The notes: a model not told the origin generated them from the letters alone. Numbered from the stretch's first letter, positions 12,395 to 25,704 are shown. The stretch: 64,000 nt of DNA from Cetorhinus maximus (GCF_964194155.1 NC_135882.1:98518001-98582000), one strand, 5' to 3'. Numbers and translations: made by a program.

Positions 12395-13330
12395 AAGCAA
12401 AAGCAAAACACTGCAGATGCTCAAAATCTGAAATAAAAACCAGCAATTCTCAGCAGGTCAGACAGCATGGACAGAATTTTACGTTCCCCTGCTGATGGTT
12501 TTGTAGGCGAAGTTGGCTGTAAAATTCTTTAGATGGCTTTCCCACTGAGCTCTAGCATGCCTTACCCTCTCCACAACTTTACAGTGGGAGGGGTGAGGCC
12601 TAGGCCTGCAACCCCCTCCCCTCGAATCCCTTGCTCTTGACCCAGTTGAGGCCCTTAAGTGGCCAATTAATAACAACTCTAGAGCTCTTTCCCACCCAAC
12701 CTCAATTTTCTGGCAGGCAGGAGGAGTTCAGGGACAGGGGGAAGCCCAATAAGTCACCCTGCTCAAGCCTCAGGTGGGAATGGGGTAGAGGTGCGCTCCA
12801 ACAACAGACTCCTTGTAAAATCAGGTGCACCCACTACCATTTCCCCCTCACCCCCCCTCCCCCCCACCCTAAGAAAGGTCTGGCTATAGTGGATGCTTCC
12901 TCCCCCACTCACCTCTGCACTAACACCCCTACCCCCATCTGCCCAAGCCCCTGGATCTCACCTCCCCTTCTCCCCCTTGAGATTCACAAAACCTATCTGG
13001 TCCTAGACACCTGGGACTGGGACTCTGGGACCGCTTGCAGTTCCAGTGCTAGCCACTGCAGCCTCTGGCATTGCCGGGACTAGAGCTTCTGGCCAATCAG
13101 ATTGCCCGGTAGCTCTCCAAGACGGGTCTTCCTCCCGAGTGAGAGGCGGAAGTCTCGCCCCAGCCAGTTGTATCGGTGGGGATGTGTTCACCACTGACTC
13201 TTCAGATGGGCGGGAAGGGAAACTCAGCCATCCGAAAATTCCTGGCCCATCTGTGGACAGAAACTGAATTAATATTTCAGGTCGATGCCACCTGACCTGC
13301 TGAGTATTTCTAGCATTTTTTGTTTTCACT
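12395..13330. mobile_element. Short palindromic element related to the Penelope 3' tail, split by a MITE
   Basis: CTCAGCAGGTCAG at left and CTGACCTGCTGAG at right; same motif as PLE tails at 23320-23400 and 32130-32180. Confidence 0.7.
12469..13248. mobile_element. Harbinger-type MITE
   Basis: Ends GGACAGAATTTT and AAAATTCCTGGCCC; inserted at CAGCAT/CTGTGG with an AT or CAT duplication. Confidence 0.8.
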
Positions 13331-15019
13331 AGTGGAGATGTCAGCTTTGCACAAACATGCAACGAAGAAAGGAACTGGGAGAAACTTTGGGAGCTGCATC
13401 AAAGAATATTTTGGGACATATATGGCCTGTATTTTTTATCTTATATATTAATTAAAGGTAGAATTGAAAAGTGCAATCAAAAGGTATTGGCTTCTTTAAG
13501 CACATCACTGTTCTCTGCTGTAACTGTAACTGTTATTGTAACTGTTTGCAAGAAGCTTTGGTTTCATTATGATCAGACATGTGCTAAGAAGCCTGCGCTG
13601 AATAAATTTCTTGATTTTTTTGATATGGTACATATAATGTGAAGGTAGTTCATTGCTAAGATATGTAGTATTGTGAGGAAAATGCACAGAGACTAATTAA
13701 AATTCAGAAGCTACAGAATGCTCTTGAGTTTGCAGCTGTAATGCTCCTCATTTATCTGTCGAAGTGATTATTAAGCCCTAAGCAATAGTTCCGGAAAGTC
13801 AAGTGACACCAAGAATCCTTTCCCTGTGTTATTCTTGGTGCTGCTCATTATCTCTGTGTGCACACTTAGCTGCTAACTGCCAGCTTCTCACAAGACTTTC
13901 ATTTACCAGGCTCCACAATGAAAGAAAGCCACACACCCCAGTCGCTGTTAATGTGTTAATAAACAATTCCAGTAACTTCTCCATCTATACCTATGTCACC
14001 CTAGCATCTTACATTCTCATCCACTTTAAAGCAAGAAAGTGGTACCAGTTTCACATTACTGTAAGTTAACAATGTATTTCACATCTTGATACCCTTACAT
14101 TGTGACTTACATCAACATGTATAATGGCTTCAGGCGTGTTTTTGTCTGTTTGCAACAATAAGCTGTCATCATTGAATGAAGTCTAATCCTGGCTAGTTTA
14201 CTTTATCATGAGTTACCTCGAGATTTATAAAATCATTTGAAGCTAGTCAATGAAATGAATAGAAATACAGATGCATTTAGTTTGGTCTATCTTTTTTTGC
14301 TAATACACTCATGTTTTGCCCACTTGTCCATTCTAATTTAATACAGTTGTTAACTCTTTTATTTTGTTGCAGCCCTCAGTCATTAACCTGTTCAAAGTTT
14401 TCCTGTATGGAGATTCATGGTAACCAGAGCTCCCATCTGACGCATGTGGGGAACCTCAATTTAAGGAATCACTGGCTACTCTTAAAGCTGTGAAGAGCTT
14501 TTTGATAAACTTTCCTGCACTAGCTTACTGATGTTGCAAGATGTGAAAATTATTTTATTCACTTTTATAGGCTCTGGACTGTAAAGAAGCTTTTGCTATT
14601 GGATGTATTTATTCACAGAGGTATTTCTAGGACTGACGCTCTCTCACTCTCTGGGGTGAGGAGGAGGTGGAGTAGCAGGAGTAAACCAAAGAGAGTATAA
14701 ACAGAAGGATGCATGCCCAGAGAAATCCTTAACCTCCCAACAGAAATGGCTGCCTAAATGGAGATCCATGCAAAAGTGGACCTCCATTAGTTAGCATTTT
14801 CCTTCTTAGATTTCTCTCCTGTTATTGTCTCATTTTACAGGAAGAGATGAAAATCGGCTCCTAGCCCTGTTTGTTTCCCCATTAAAGATATTTCCTTTTA
14901 AGCTGAACAATGTATTGCAACGATAACAGGTATAAGAATTTGACTGAAATAGTATTCAAAGTAAACAATTTGAAATTATCACAGGGTGAATGATTTCACC
15001 CACTAAATATGTGAACATA

Positions 15020-16445
15020 GGGCAGAATTTTCCACTCCCATTGGCAGTGGACACCATGGTGGGCATCAGCAGACAATATGGCGAGAAGGCCAAAAATCAG
15101 TTTTACGCCATTGTGAAGCCAGCTTGCGATGGTCTGCTCCGCCCGTCAATGGAGGGGCAGGTCCCCCGCTGTCCAACGTTGGAAAATTCATTTGAATGCA
15201 TTTGCATCTCATCATTGTGGCTGCACATCGGAATCATCCTCCCATGTCAAATTTACTGCCCACATGCCACGGCAGTGAGAGAAGCAGCTACGCACTTTGA
15301 GAAGCTTGTCAATGGTGAGCATTCTTCCACAGCTGAGACCGATCAGCTGAAGCTTCATTGACATGCTTGGAGTCGGGCCTCTGAAGCTTTACTGTCCACT
15401 CAAGCAACACAAAAGCATGAATGTGCCACCAAATGCTCCAGAACTTTTCACCCCCCCCGGGCACAGACTGCAAATTAATATGCGTTTTAGGGGGCAGCAG
15501 AATAATTGGATGACTGAACAAGTTTGTCTCATCCCCATGCGAGTGGTAGCCATGGCGCAGTCTCTGGTGTAGGCGTTCAGAGCCCCTTGCAAAGTCTTTA
15601 TTAAGGTATGGAACAGTATCTCTCATGGTTCAAGCTAACAGTGCAGCCTTGGGGTGCAGGTTAGGAGAATGCCTGCGCCTTAGCTGAGAGCACAGCTGCC
15701 ACCAATCGGTCAAGTGGAGTAGGGTGGAGGTGGGAGGGGTTTCAGTCATCCAATGAGCACACTACACACTGGCCATCCATGGGGTGGACAGCACCCACCG
15801 GCATGCATGAAAGGACATTGAGACCTAACCAAGAGAGGTCTTTAGGACCTGGTGATCTAGCAGTATGGATCATGGCTTACAAGGAGCAGGGAGGAAGGAG
15901 AAGAGTGAGACGTAGGCGTCTGGCTCGCTAATGGGAGGAACACTACCCTCAAGATGAAGGGGCGGCAGGGCCTCCAGCACACGCAGCTGAAGATCCTTAG
16001 CGAGCCGTTGATCATAGGCATCGTCTATAGACCCAAGGTCTATAGGTGATGCTAAACATTCCTGCAGATAACTGAGAACCAGCGTCGCCGAAGACACAGC
16101 ATCCAGCAGGGATCCCAGGGATGCACCACTGAATCGGGAGGTTGCACTCTTCTTGGCTTTTGGATCATGTCTTCCCCGAGCAGTCCTGGGCTACAAGCAT
16201 TGAGAAGTGTGAGCGTGGCTGCAGTTTAAATATGGCGCCCAGAGCGAGGAAGCAGCAAGGTAACTGTGTGGCGGGCAAATCGGGGGCCGGGTGCCAGCAA
16301 TCCGGCATGTTTCCCACGACTGCATAATTTATGAGGTGGGAAGGGGATGATAGAGCGCCAGAACCCACCATTGCGGCTGGCGGGTAAAACATTTTTTTTT
16401 CACGCCCGCTACCACAATTAGTAGAAATCTGGAATGATTCCGCCC
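15020..16445. mobile_element. Internally deleted PIF/Harbinger transposon with both ends
   Basis: TIRs GGGCAGAATTTTCC and GGAATGATTCCGCCC with 3-bp TSD ATA/ATA; decayed transposase N-terminus on + (~15850-16092) fused to Myb/SANT N-terminus on - (~16095-16170); right end homologous to 42280-42564. Confidence 0.9.
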
Positions 16446-16721
16446 ATAGTCTGGATAAATTTACTTCAGTCATTCTATTATTTTGACTGTTTGTCTTTCA
16501 GCACCACACATCCATCACAATACCCTGAAAATGCACTGCACTATTAAAGGATGCTCAACATAGTTGTCTGCTTTTTTAATGAAAACATCAATCTGTTTAC
16601 AAAATTACCTTTGGCTGTAAATACTTCATACACAGAATTATTCACTTTATAGGATAGCATGTTATCTAATGCAATAAATACTGACTCAACTGAAATATTC
16701 AATAAGAAATATTCAGTAAGA

Positions 16722-16850
16722 AATTGGCGGCCATACCTTCAACTGCTCAGGCACTAAGCTTTGGAATTCCCTCCTTAGAGCTCTCCATCTCTGTACCTTG
16801 TTCAACTTTTATGACACTTAAAACTTACCTTTTTGAACAAACCTTTTTTC
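16722..16850 (+). mobile_element. L2-type LINE 3' fragment
   Basis: GGCCATACCTTCAACTGC..TGGAATTCCCTCC..AAAACTTACCTTTTT, i.e. GGRAFS..LWNSLP..LKTYLF-like. Confidence 0.65.
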
Positions 16851-16884
16851 CCCTAAGCTTGAGAACCATCTATAAAACATAATT

Positions 16885-17190
16885 CAGGGGTGTGGTGGAA
16901 TAATCTCCACTTGCTTTGAGGAGTGCAGCTCCAACAGCTCAAGAAGCTCAACACCATCAAAGACAAAGCAGCTCACTTGATTGACACAACCACCATAAAT
17001 ATTCACTCCCCGGCTTCTCGAGCACAGTGCCAGCCAGGTGTACCACCTTTTGGATGTGCTCCAGCAACTCACCAAGGCTCCTTCAGCAGGGCCTTCCAAA
17101 ACCACAAACTTGACCAGGCAGCAGACGCATGGGCGATTACCACCACCTGCAAGTTTCCCTCTAAGTCACACACCATCCTGATTTGGAACA
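16885..17190 (+). mobile_element. Fragment of the second non-LTR family
   Basis: LKKLNTIKDKAAHLIDT homologous to 25228-25473. Confidence 0.85.
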
Positions 17191-17192
17191 TA

Positions 17193-18770
17193 GGCCTGGA
17201 TTTTCACCGAGCTGGGATGACTCAGGAGCCCTTTAAAAATGATGGGCGGGATTCCCAATCCCATTACCAGGTTGCCTGATTTTCAGGAGTAGTTTTAAAA
17301 TGTGCGGGCTGGTTCAGGTAAAAGCCCATTGACCTGGCCGGCTCCATTGCAGGATCGGCAATTCCCAGTCCTCCGTAATTTTCATGGAGGTGGGCCAGAT
17401 TTTAAAGGACTTGTGGTTCATGGCACATCAGAGGTGTCAAGAATTATAGTCTGCATGAGGGGACCTTTTAAAATTCAAGTTCAAAGGATCCTCCTCATGC
17501 CTCCCATACCAAGGTATGCCCCAATCTCACCCCCTATGGCCCATCATGCCCTCATGCTGAGGTACAGCCCCCCAAAAAATCTCAATGGCCCCTCATGCAC
17601 CTCATGCCAAAGTAAGGCACCCCCAAAGAACTCCTATGGTCCCTCATGCACACCATGCCAAGCCTTGGCACTTCCATGCCCATTTACTGACTTTACCCTG
17701 TACAGAAGCAATGAACCCTATTATAACAGTAGGATGTATTGAAAAAAAGTTTTTTCAAAAAAAGTCACTCTTGATAATTTCCACTTTCATAAAAAAAATT
17801 TATTACAGGGTAAAAAAAGTGTCAATCATCCATATGCTTTAAAATTTCAATAGCTGAAACTGTAGGCACTTGAAAACTCTTAATCTTGTGTAAAGCATTT
17901 TAAAATTGACAGCAGAGATCAGAACGCCAGAGTTGTGAATCAAACAATGTTTTCTCTGGGGCTCAGGTGTTTTAGTACTCTAATGATGTCTGGGTTCTCA
18001 GCCAAGAATACATAATGAGGCTTCCTTCAGAGCCCAGAAACCCATGGCTGAGAACCCAGAATTCCACTGGTCTGCTGAAATGCCTGAGCCCCAGAGAAAA
18101 CATGGCTTGATTGACAGCTCTGGATCTCTGATCTATGCTGTCAATTTCACAATGTTTATTTACACAAGATAAAGAGATTTCACGTGCCTGCAGTTTCAGC
18201 TATTAAAACTTTAAAGGTTCTGGACGACTGACACTTCTATTGTGCTGTACTAAAAATGACATTTTTTTTAAGCAAGCGAGTTATGCATAAATAACTTTTC
18301 AAAAAGTTTTTGTTACACATCCTATTGTCACTATAGGGTTCATTGGTTCTATACAGTGTATAGTGAGTGGATGGGTGTGGAAGTGCCATTGCTTGGCATG
18401 GGAGGTATCAGGGGGCATTGGGGTTGTTTAGGGGGCCTTACCTTGGCACGGGGCCATGAGGAGCAGTAAGGGGTAGTTGCAGGACATGGGTGGCATGGAT
18501 GGGCCATGGGGAGTGTGTGGGGGGTGATGGCTGGAGGGCCTTCTAATTTTATTTTAAATAGGATAAAGTCCCACAGCACTGAGGTTGGCTTTTTAAACAG
18601 CTCATCTCAGCACCTGGCACCATAGTCCACCATATGGACCTCTTTCCCAGGCTGACCCAACTCCATTCCACACCCAACCCCAGCTATGAAGATCCCACCT
18701 TTCTGGGCACTTTCTCCTGAGGTGGGCGAGTCGAGCTTGGAATTTTCCCAACTGTATGCTACCCAGGCTC
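17193..18770. mobile_element. Harbinger-type non-autonomous element with a long internal foldback
   Basis: Starts GGCCTGGATTTTC after ATA; inverted arms at about 17465-18004 and 18045-18560. Confidence 0.75.
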
Positions 18771-18774
18771 AAGA

Positions 18775-20690
18775 CTAGTATTTGAAACCAAAATAAAGGT
18801 AACTATGAGAGTATGAAAGCAGAGTTGGCTAAGGTGAACTGGGGAACTAGGTTAAAAGGTAGCACAGTGGAGTTACACTGGCAGACTTTTAAGAAGATAT
18901 TTAATGATGTTCAGAAAAAATTTATCCCAGTGAGAAAGAGAGGCTCTTTGAGAAGGATGCATCATCCATGGCTAAATAAGTAAGTCAAGGATAGTATTAA
19001 ATCGAAAGAAACACCGTACAAATCTGCAAAATTAGTGGTAGGTCAGGGGATTGGACAGATTTTAAGAACCAGCAAAGAAAGACTAAAAATATAATAAAGA
19101 ATAAAGAAAGTACAGTACGAGAGAAAGCTAGCTGGTAATTTAAAAACAGATAGTAAAAGTTTCTACAAGTATTTGAATAGAAAAAAAGTAACCAAAGCTA
19201 GTGTTGATCCTCTAGAGAGAAAGTCCGGGGAATTGATAACAGAAAACAAGGAAATGGCGGAGGAGTTGAACGAGTATTTTGTGTCTGAGGACTTAGAAAA
19301 CTTCCCAAAGATACTTGAAAATCGAGGGATGATAGGGAGGGATGCATTTCATACAATCACCATCACCAGAGAAAGGGTGCTAGGAAATCTATTAGACCTA
19401 AAGGCTGATAGGTTCTCAGGACCAGATGGTCAGCATGCTAGAGTCTTTAAAGAAGTGGCGGCACAGAAAGCAAGCGCATTGGTTATAATCTTCCAAAATT
19501 CCTTAGCTTCTGGAAAGGTTCTAACGGATTGGAAAATAGCTCATGTAACCCCTTTATTCAAGAAAGGGGAAGGCAGAAAGCAGGAAATTATAGGCCAATT
19601 AGCCTAACATCTGTCATAGGGAAAGTGCTAGAATTCATTATTATGCAAGTTACAGCAGGATACTTAGATAACTGCGATTTGATCAGGTAGAGCCAACATG
19701 GCTTTGTGAAAGGGAAATTGTGTTTAACTAATCTGTTAGAGTTTTTGACATAGTAACATTCAAGGTGTATAAAGGGGAACCTGTAGATGTGGTGTATTTG
19801 GATTTCCAAAAGGCATTTGATAAGGTAACATATCAAAGGTTACTACACAAGATACATGGCGTAGGAGGTAACGTATTAGCATGGATAAAGGGTTGTTTGG
19901 CTAACATGAAGCAGGGAGTAGGGATGAATGGGTCTTTTTCAGATTGGCTAGCTGTAACTCATGGACTGTCACAGGGATCAGTGCTGGACCCTCAAACTAT
20001 TTACAATCCATATCAATGATTTGGATGAAGGGACCGAATGTATGGTAGCTAAATTTGCCAATGACACCAAGATACGTGGGAAAGTAAATTGTCAAGAGAA
20101 GGTAGAGAGTCTGCAAAGGGATATAGACAGGTTAAGTGAGGGACAAAACTTGACAGATGAAGTATAACGTGGATAAATGTGACCTTGTTTACTTTGGCAA
20201 GAAGAATTGAAAAGCAGCCTACTGTTTAAATGGAGAAAAATTGCAGAACTCGGCAGTACAGAGGGATTTAAGTGTCCTGATACATGAATCACATTAAGTT
20301 AGTCTGCAGGTACAGTACATGATTAGGAAGGAAAATGGAATGTTAGCATTTATTCCAAGAGGAATGGAATATAAAAATAGGGAAGTTTTACTACCGCTGT
20401 ACAGATTATTTTTGAGACCACTGTGTGCAATTTTGGTCTCCTCATTTTAAAATTATAGAATTACTTTAGAAGCAGTTCGGAGAAGATTCACTGAACTCAT
20501 TCCTGGGATGAAGGGGTTGCCTTATGAAGAAAGGTTGAACAGGTTAGGCCTCTACCCACTGACATTAGAAGAATGAGGGTGATCTTTTGAAACATACCAG
20601 ATCCTGAGGGGACTTGATAGGATGGATTGTAGGAGAATGTTTCCTCTTGTGGGGGAGACGAAAACTAGGGGACATAGTTCAAAAATAAGC
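18775..20690 (+). mobile_element. Decayed CR1 LINE ORF2 (RT region)
   Basis: ORFs with WKIAHVTPLFKKG, VDVVYLDFQKAFDKV and INDLD..FANDTK, broken by stops and frameshifts. Confidence 0.95.
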
Positions 20691-21724
20691 TCTACAGGAT
20701 AATGTAGCCTGGCTTAGAAAACCATTTCATAAATTCCCTGGTGCAAATTATATTTAAGCTTAAAGTGATCAAACTTAAAGTAAAGCCTAGGAATTGCTAA
20801 AAGAAAAGTTGACTAAATGGTAATAAGTAGTTGGTGCATGTCAGAGGAGTGATTGAGGGAGTGGTGGAGGTGGGGAGGGGGGTGATGAGTGGGGTGGAAA
20901 AGTGGTGGGTTAAGTGGCCCATAGTTTGCTCTTGGTGTGCCTACTGTTTCTAATTTAAATAAACAACGTGAATCCAGCAACAAAGTGATGAGGTTTGCAA
21001 AAGTTAAACTGGAAGAGGCTGCCTAAGCACGGCAGAATGAGCTAAAATTTATGGGGTGAAATAGCTGCTTGTGCTGCAGGAGTAGAGGACATTTGCTCAC
21101 AAATGAAATACGACACTGACCCCCATTGGAATTCGCAATGTCAGCTCATTTAAATATTTAAATATTGTGAGTGCATTGAAGCGTGTTTCCAATTGCATTT
21201 TTTCTCAGGCATGCCTGTGACTGCCTTTATTATTTAAATAATTTATACCTGTAATGTCTTTACTTTCTTTAACATTTCTTTCCATGTTCTGATTGAAATG
21301 ATCCATTAAATTAGCTGACATTTCTTTGTTTGTTCGTTTCTTCCCTTTTTCAGTAAAATACTCGTTAATTTTTCAGTTCTGAACAGAGGCCCAGCCTGAA
21401 ATGTTAACCTGTCTGTACAGATACTGACTGGCCTACTATGTTTCCATCAGTTTCTGTTTCACAAACATACAAACAGTGACCGACAGGAAAGAAAACCCTT
21501 TGGCCTGTCCAGCCTGCCTTTAGCATTACAATATATACAATTCCTACACGACATGAAAGCTATATGATCTCCTGGGAAAACATCCAAATATAAAGTTAGG
21601 CCAATTAGGGAAGAAAGCCAAGAAAAAAAATGTTTATTGGTCCTTACCTTCCTTAAATTCTGATAGGCCGATTAGAGTTTGAGGTAACATTTATAATAAT
21701 TTTACTTAAGACAGAAGTACCAAC

Positions 21725-21962
21725 CATATTAAAGTCTGCAACTCTGGTCCTTCTTCTATGCTTGATGCACTCTGACTTGAAAGAGTGCCAAATCTGAATA
21801 CGACATATGAGTCTGCCATTGGCACAGGCAGGGCTACAAAGACACTCTCTAGTGGATGATAGTGCAAAGCGTGACTGTGATCACGAAAAAGGGCTGCAGA
21901 AAGGTACCACGTAGATAATCCTAGAATGCTACGCTTAAAAGCAATGAAGTGCCCAACTTTAT
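21725..21962 (-). CDS. Candidate host-gene coding exon (unidentified protein)
   Basis: Acceptor TTTATTTCTATTTCAG; 78 open codons KVGHFIAFKRSILGLSTWYLSAALFRDH..QTLI; phase-1 start matches the exon at 51643-51787; donor G/GTTGGT is only moderate. Confidence 0.5.
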
Positions 21963-22599
21963 CTGAAATAGAAATAAACCAAAATCTCTTCTGTTTATTG
22001 TATGTTAATATTCCTTGCTTGTGTATATATATGCTGGGCTTCTTGCAATTGATCAGAAGAAAAAAACCAACCCTGCTTTCTTCATAAATAATACATGAAA
22101 ATGAAAAATGTGCTTTTCAGGCACAAAGGATTGTACAGAGAATGATGCTAGATATGATGCTCAAAGTGGGCTCAGTTCACCCTTATAAAACTTTATAGAA
22201 TAGATTTTTCCTGGGTTTGTTCCATTGCCACAGGCAATTGTGGTTTCATTTCTAATATAGCAATAATGCTCAGAAGCTAAAATGAATCTTTCACACTGCA
22301 CTCCCCTCTAACTGGAGGATATTCTCTAGTCTAAACAAGACTAGCTAAGTATTTTAACTTTGGCAATTCAAATGCTATTTTTCAAAACACCTCCGGTCTC
22401 TGATACATAAATTAGCTGGACTTTTGTTCTTATATCTGATAATAAAGCACTCAATTAAAGGCAAAAAAGCACAAATTTTGACAGATATCAACTGTTTTAA
22501 TTTCTTTTATTGAAACTTTAACAATTGTTGCTCTGACCACATCTTTGAAATAAAAACAAACAACTAGTACCAGTTGCTGTTATTGTCTGGGGGTTTAGT

Positions 22600-23405
22600 A
22601 ACAAGCATGACCCAGACCTCCCTGTCGCTTGCCATTTCAACACATCATTCTGCTCTCATGTCCGTCCTCGGCCTGCTGCAATGTTCCAGTGAAGTTCAAA
22701 GCAAACTGGAGGAACAGCACCTCATCATCCGATTAGACACTTTACAGCCTTCTGGACTGAATATTGAGTTCAACAACTTCAGACCATGAACTCTCTCCTC
22801 CATCCCCACACCCTTTTTGATCCCCTTTTTTCAATATTCATTTTTATTTTTTTATTTTTATTTATTTTTTTTCTGCTTATTTTAATTATTATTTTTTAAA
22901 ATTTATTTCCATTTTTATCCATTGTTTTATCTGCAGCTTTTAGCCTATTTTCGATTTTTTTTCCCCCACCACCGTCCTCCTCCCCCTACCCCATCCCCAC
23001 AAGGGCCATCGGTCACTTGCTCATGTTGTTCTTTCCAGAGTGCTTACCCTGGTCCGGCCATTATCACATTCTGCTTTCTACTCTTAATGTCACCATTAGC
23101 ACCTCCTTTAGCCAATATCACCACCAATAACACCCCTTTGACCTTTTGTTTATGACATCTTTTGCAATCTCTCCTTTGCCTCCACCTCTCGCTGGCCTTC
23201 CATCCAGCTTCACCTGTTCCGCCCCCCTCAAACAGTATATATTTCACCACATTTCTACTTCCCTTTAGCTCTGAAGAAGAGTCATACAGACTCAAAACGT
23301 TAACCCTGTCTTTCTCTCCATAGATGCTGTCAGATCTGCTGAGTTTTTCCAGCATTTCTTGTTTTTGTTTCAGATTTCCAACATCCGCAGTATTTTGCCT
23401 TTAAC
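22600..23405 (+). mobile_element. Penelope-like element, 3' fragment
   Basis: KLEEQHLIIRLDTLQPSGLNIEF (GIY-YIG C-terminus) plus a tail collinear with 31407-32180. Confidence 0.92.
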
Positions 23406-24014
23406 TGGTACCAGTGAAGGGCTTAAAATTTAAATTGATCGGTTGTCCCGATCAAATAGAAAATGTTCATTTGTGCTTATGTAATATTGTTGTAGGGACA
23501 GCACAAATGACATTGGGTGCCCAAACTATCCATTTCAAATTTTTTAAATCACTTTGGAATTCATTTGTGCATATATATACATATATAGTATACATATTTT
23601 ATATAAATATATAGATATATAATCTCGGCAAGCATAAATCAGCTACTGTATTTTTGGAAATATATCAGTTGTGATAAGATGTGAAATATTGTAAAAAAGT
23701 GTAATTACAGATAATAAACATCTTTTCATTTCTTCCATTTACAATAGGCTGGATGCACGCTGTTTTAATCAGCTAGTGTGTAGCTACATTAAATTTACAT
23801 TCACAGCACAGAAAGAAGCCAGTTTGGCCCACGCCAGTGATTATGCTCAAACAGATAGTCCTCCTACTCTAACTTGTTTCATTTTACTTTATTTCACTCC
23901 ATAATCATCTTCTAGTCCTTTCTCCCTTGTGTAAGTATCTATCTTCCCCATAAATGTATCTATGCCGTTTGTCTCAACCACTCCATGAGGTAGCAAGTCC
24001 ACATTTAACCCACT

Positions 24015-24345
24015 AAAATGGATGGGTTAGGGTTGGGTGGGATGTAAAAATCTTAAAAATTTCAAAACTGCCTCCAACCTATCCGGCAGTGAGTTTCCCT
24101 GAACTGGCCAATTAATGGCCAGAGGGCAACTAACCATCCAATTAAGGCAGCGAGCAGGCTCTTAAATATGAAGGCCAATAGAAGGCCCTCCCGCATAGAA
24201 GAAGCAGCAGGCTGCAGTTCAGGTAAGAGTGAGAGGGTATCTGCATATTGAGGCACCCTCTCTGCAATTTTTACAAGTTTTAAATTTTAAAAATAGCCTT
24301 AGCGGCTGAGCCATTATTGTGGTGGGGAACCCCTCCACAGGGTGT
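24015..24345. mobile_element. MITE fragment
   Basis: GGCCAATTAA motifs shared with 12469-13248 and 27590-28260. Confidence 0.5.
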
Positions 24346-24347
24346 AA

Positions 24348-24447
24348 TCAAAGCAGAAAATACTGGAAAAACCCAGCAGGTCTGGCAGCATCTGTGGAAA
24401 GAGAAACAGAGTTAACATTTCAAATCCGCATGACTCTTCTTCAGAGC
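24348..24447 (-). mobile_element. Penelope-like 3' tail fragment
   Basis: Reverse complement of 23270-23370 (CAGCATCTGTGGAAAGAGAAACAGAGTTAAC). Confidence 0.8.
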
Positions 24448-24771
24448 CTCCATAGAGTGGCCTGTGATCACATCTGTAGCGAGACAGACAGAGAAGGCCT
24501 CAACACTTACATTTGCCTGGATCACAAGGCAAAGACACATGGAGCAGACACTAAGGGAATGCACAAAAGTAATTTGGGTTTTTTTTTGCATATGTCAAAA
24601 TTGGATTTGTAAAATTAAATTAGAGCATGTATTTCCTAGTGGCTTTTATTTTTGTGTTGCTAGAAAGAGGACAATGTAATAGTGAGTGATAGAGGAAAGG
24701 TAAGAAGCATGGGACTACTGGCGAACATTTAGCATTGAGTGTATTCAAGTCAGGGATCCCTTCCTATTGCA

Positions 24772-25704
24772 CATCAATGACCTTACTTTCATCATAAGGT
24801 CAGAAATGGGGATGTTTGCTGATGATAGCACAATGTTCAGCACCATTCGCAGCTCCTCAGATACTGAAGCGGTCAATGTCCAAATGCAACAAGGCCTGGA
24901 CAATATCCAGGCTTGGGCTGACAAGTGACAAGTAACATTCGCGCCACACAAGTGTCCGGCAATGACCATCTCCAACAAGAGAGAAGCCAACCATCGCCTC
25001 TCGATGTTCAATGGCATTACAATCACTGAATCCCCCACTATCAACATCCTGGGGTTACTATTGATCAGAAACTGAACTGGACTAGCCATATAAATACTGT
25101 GGCTACAAGGGCAGGTCAGAGGCTAGGAATCCTGCAATGAGTAACTCACCTCCTGACTCCCCAAAGCCTGTCCACCATCTACAAGGCGCAAGCCAGGAAT
25201 GCGATTGAATACTCTCCATTTGCTTGGATGAATGGAGCTTCCACAACACTAAAGAAGCTTGACACCATCCAGGACAAAGCAGCCCGCTTGATTGGCACCA
25301 CATCCATAAACATTCCCTCCCTCCATCACCGATGCACAGTAGCAGCAGTGTGTACCATCTACAAAATTCACTACAGGAATTCACTAAAGCTCCTTAGACA
25401 GCACCTTCCAAACTCATGGCCACTACCATCTAGGAGGACAAGGGCAGCAGATAGATGGGAACACCACACCTGAAAGTTCCCCTCCAAGTCACTCACCATC
25501 CTGACTTGGAAATATATTGCCGTTCCTTCAGTCCCTGGGTCAAAATCTTGGAACTCCCTAACAGCACTGTGGGTGTGCCTACACCACATGGACTGCAGCA
25601 ATTCAAGAAGGCAGCTCACCATCAGCTTCTCAAGGGCAACCAGGTTTGGGAAATAAATGCTGGCCCAGCCAACGAAGCCCATATCCCATGAACAAATAAA
25701 AAAA
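24772..25704 (+). mobile_element. Second non-LTR family, RT C-terminus to A-rich tail
   Basis: INDL..FADD..LDNIQAWADK; collinear with the reverse complement of 7985-8825; ends CCCATGAACAAATAAAAAAA. Confidence 0.93.

Noticed and set aside
17500-17680. CRISPR-like repeat-spacer array
   Set aside because: Degenerate tandem units without unique spacers, in a eukaryotic context with no cas genes
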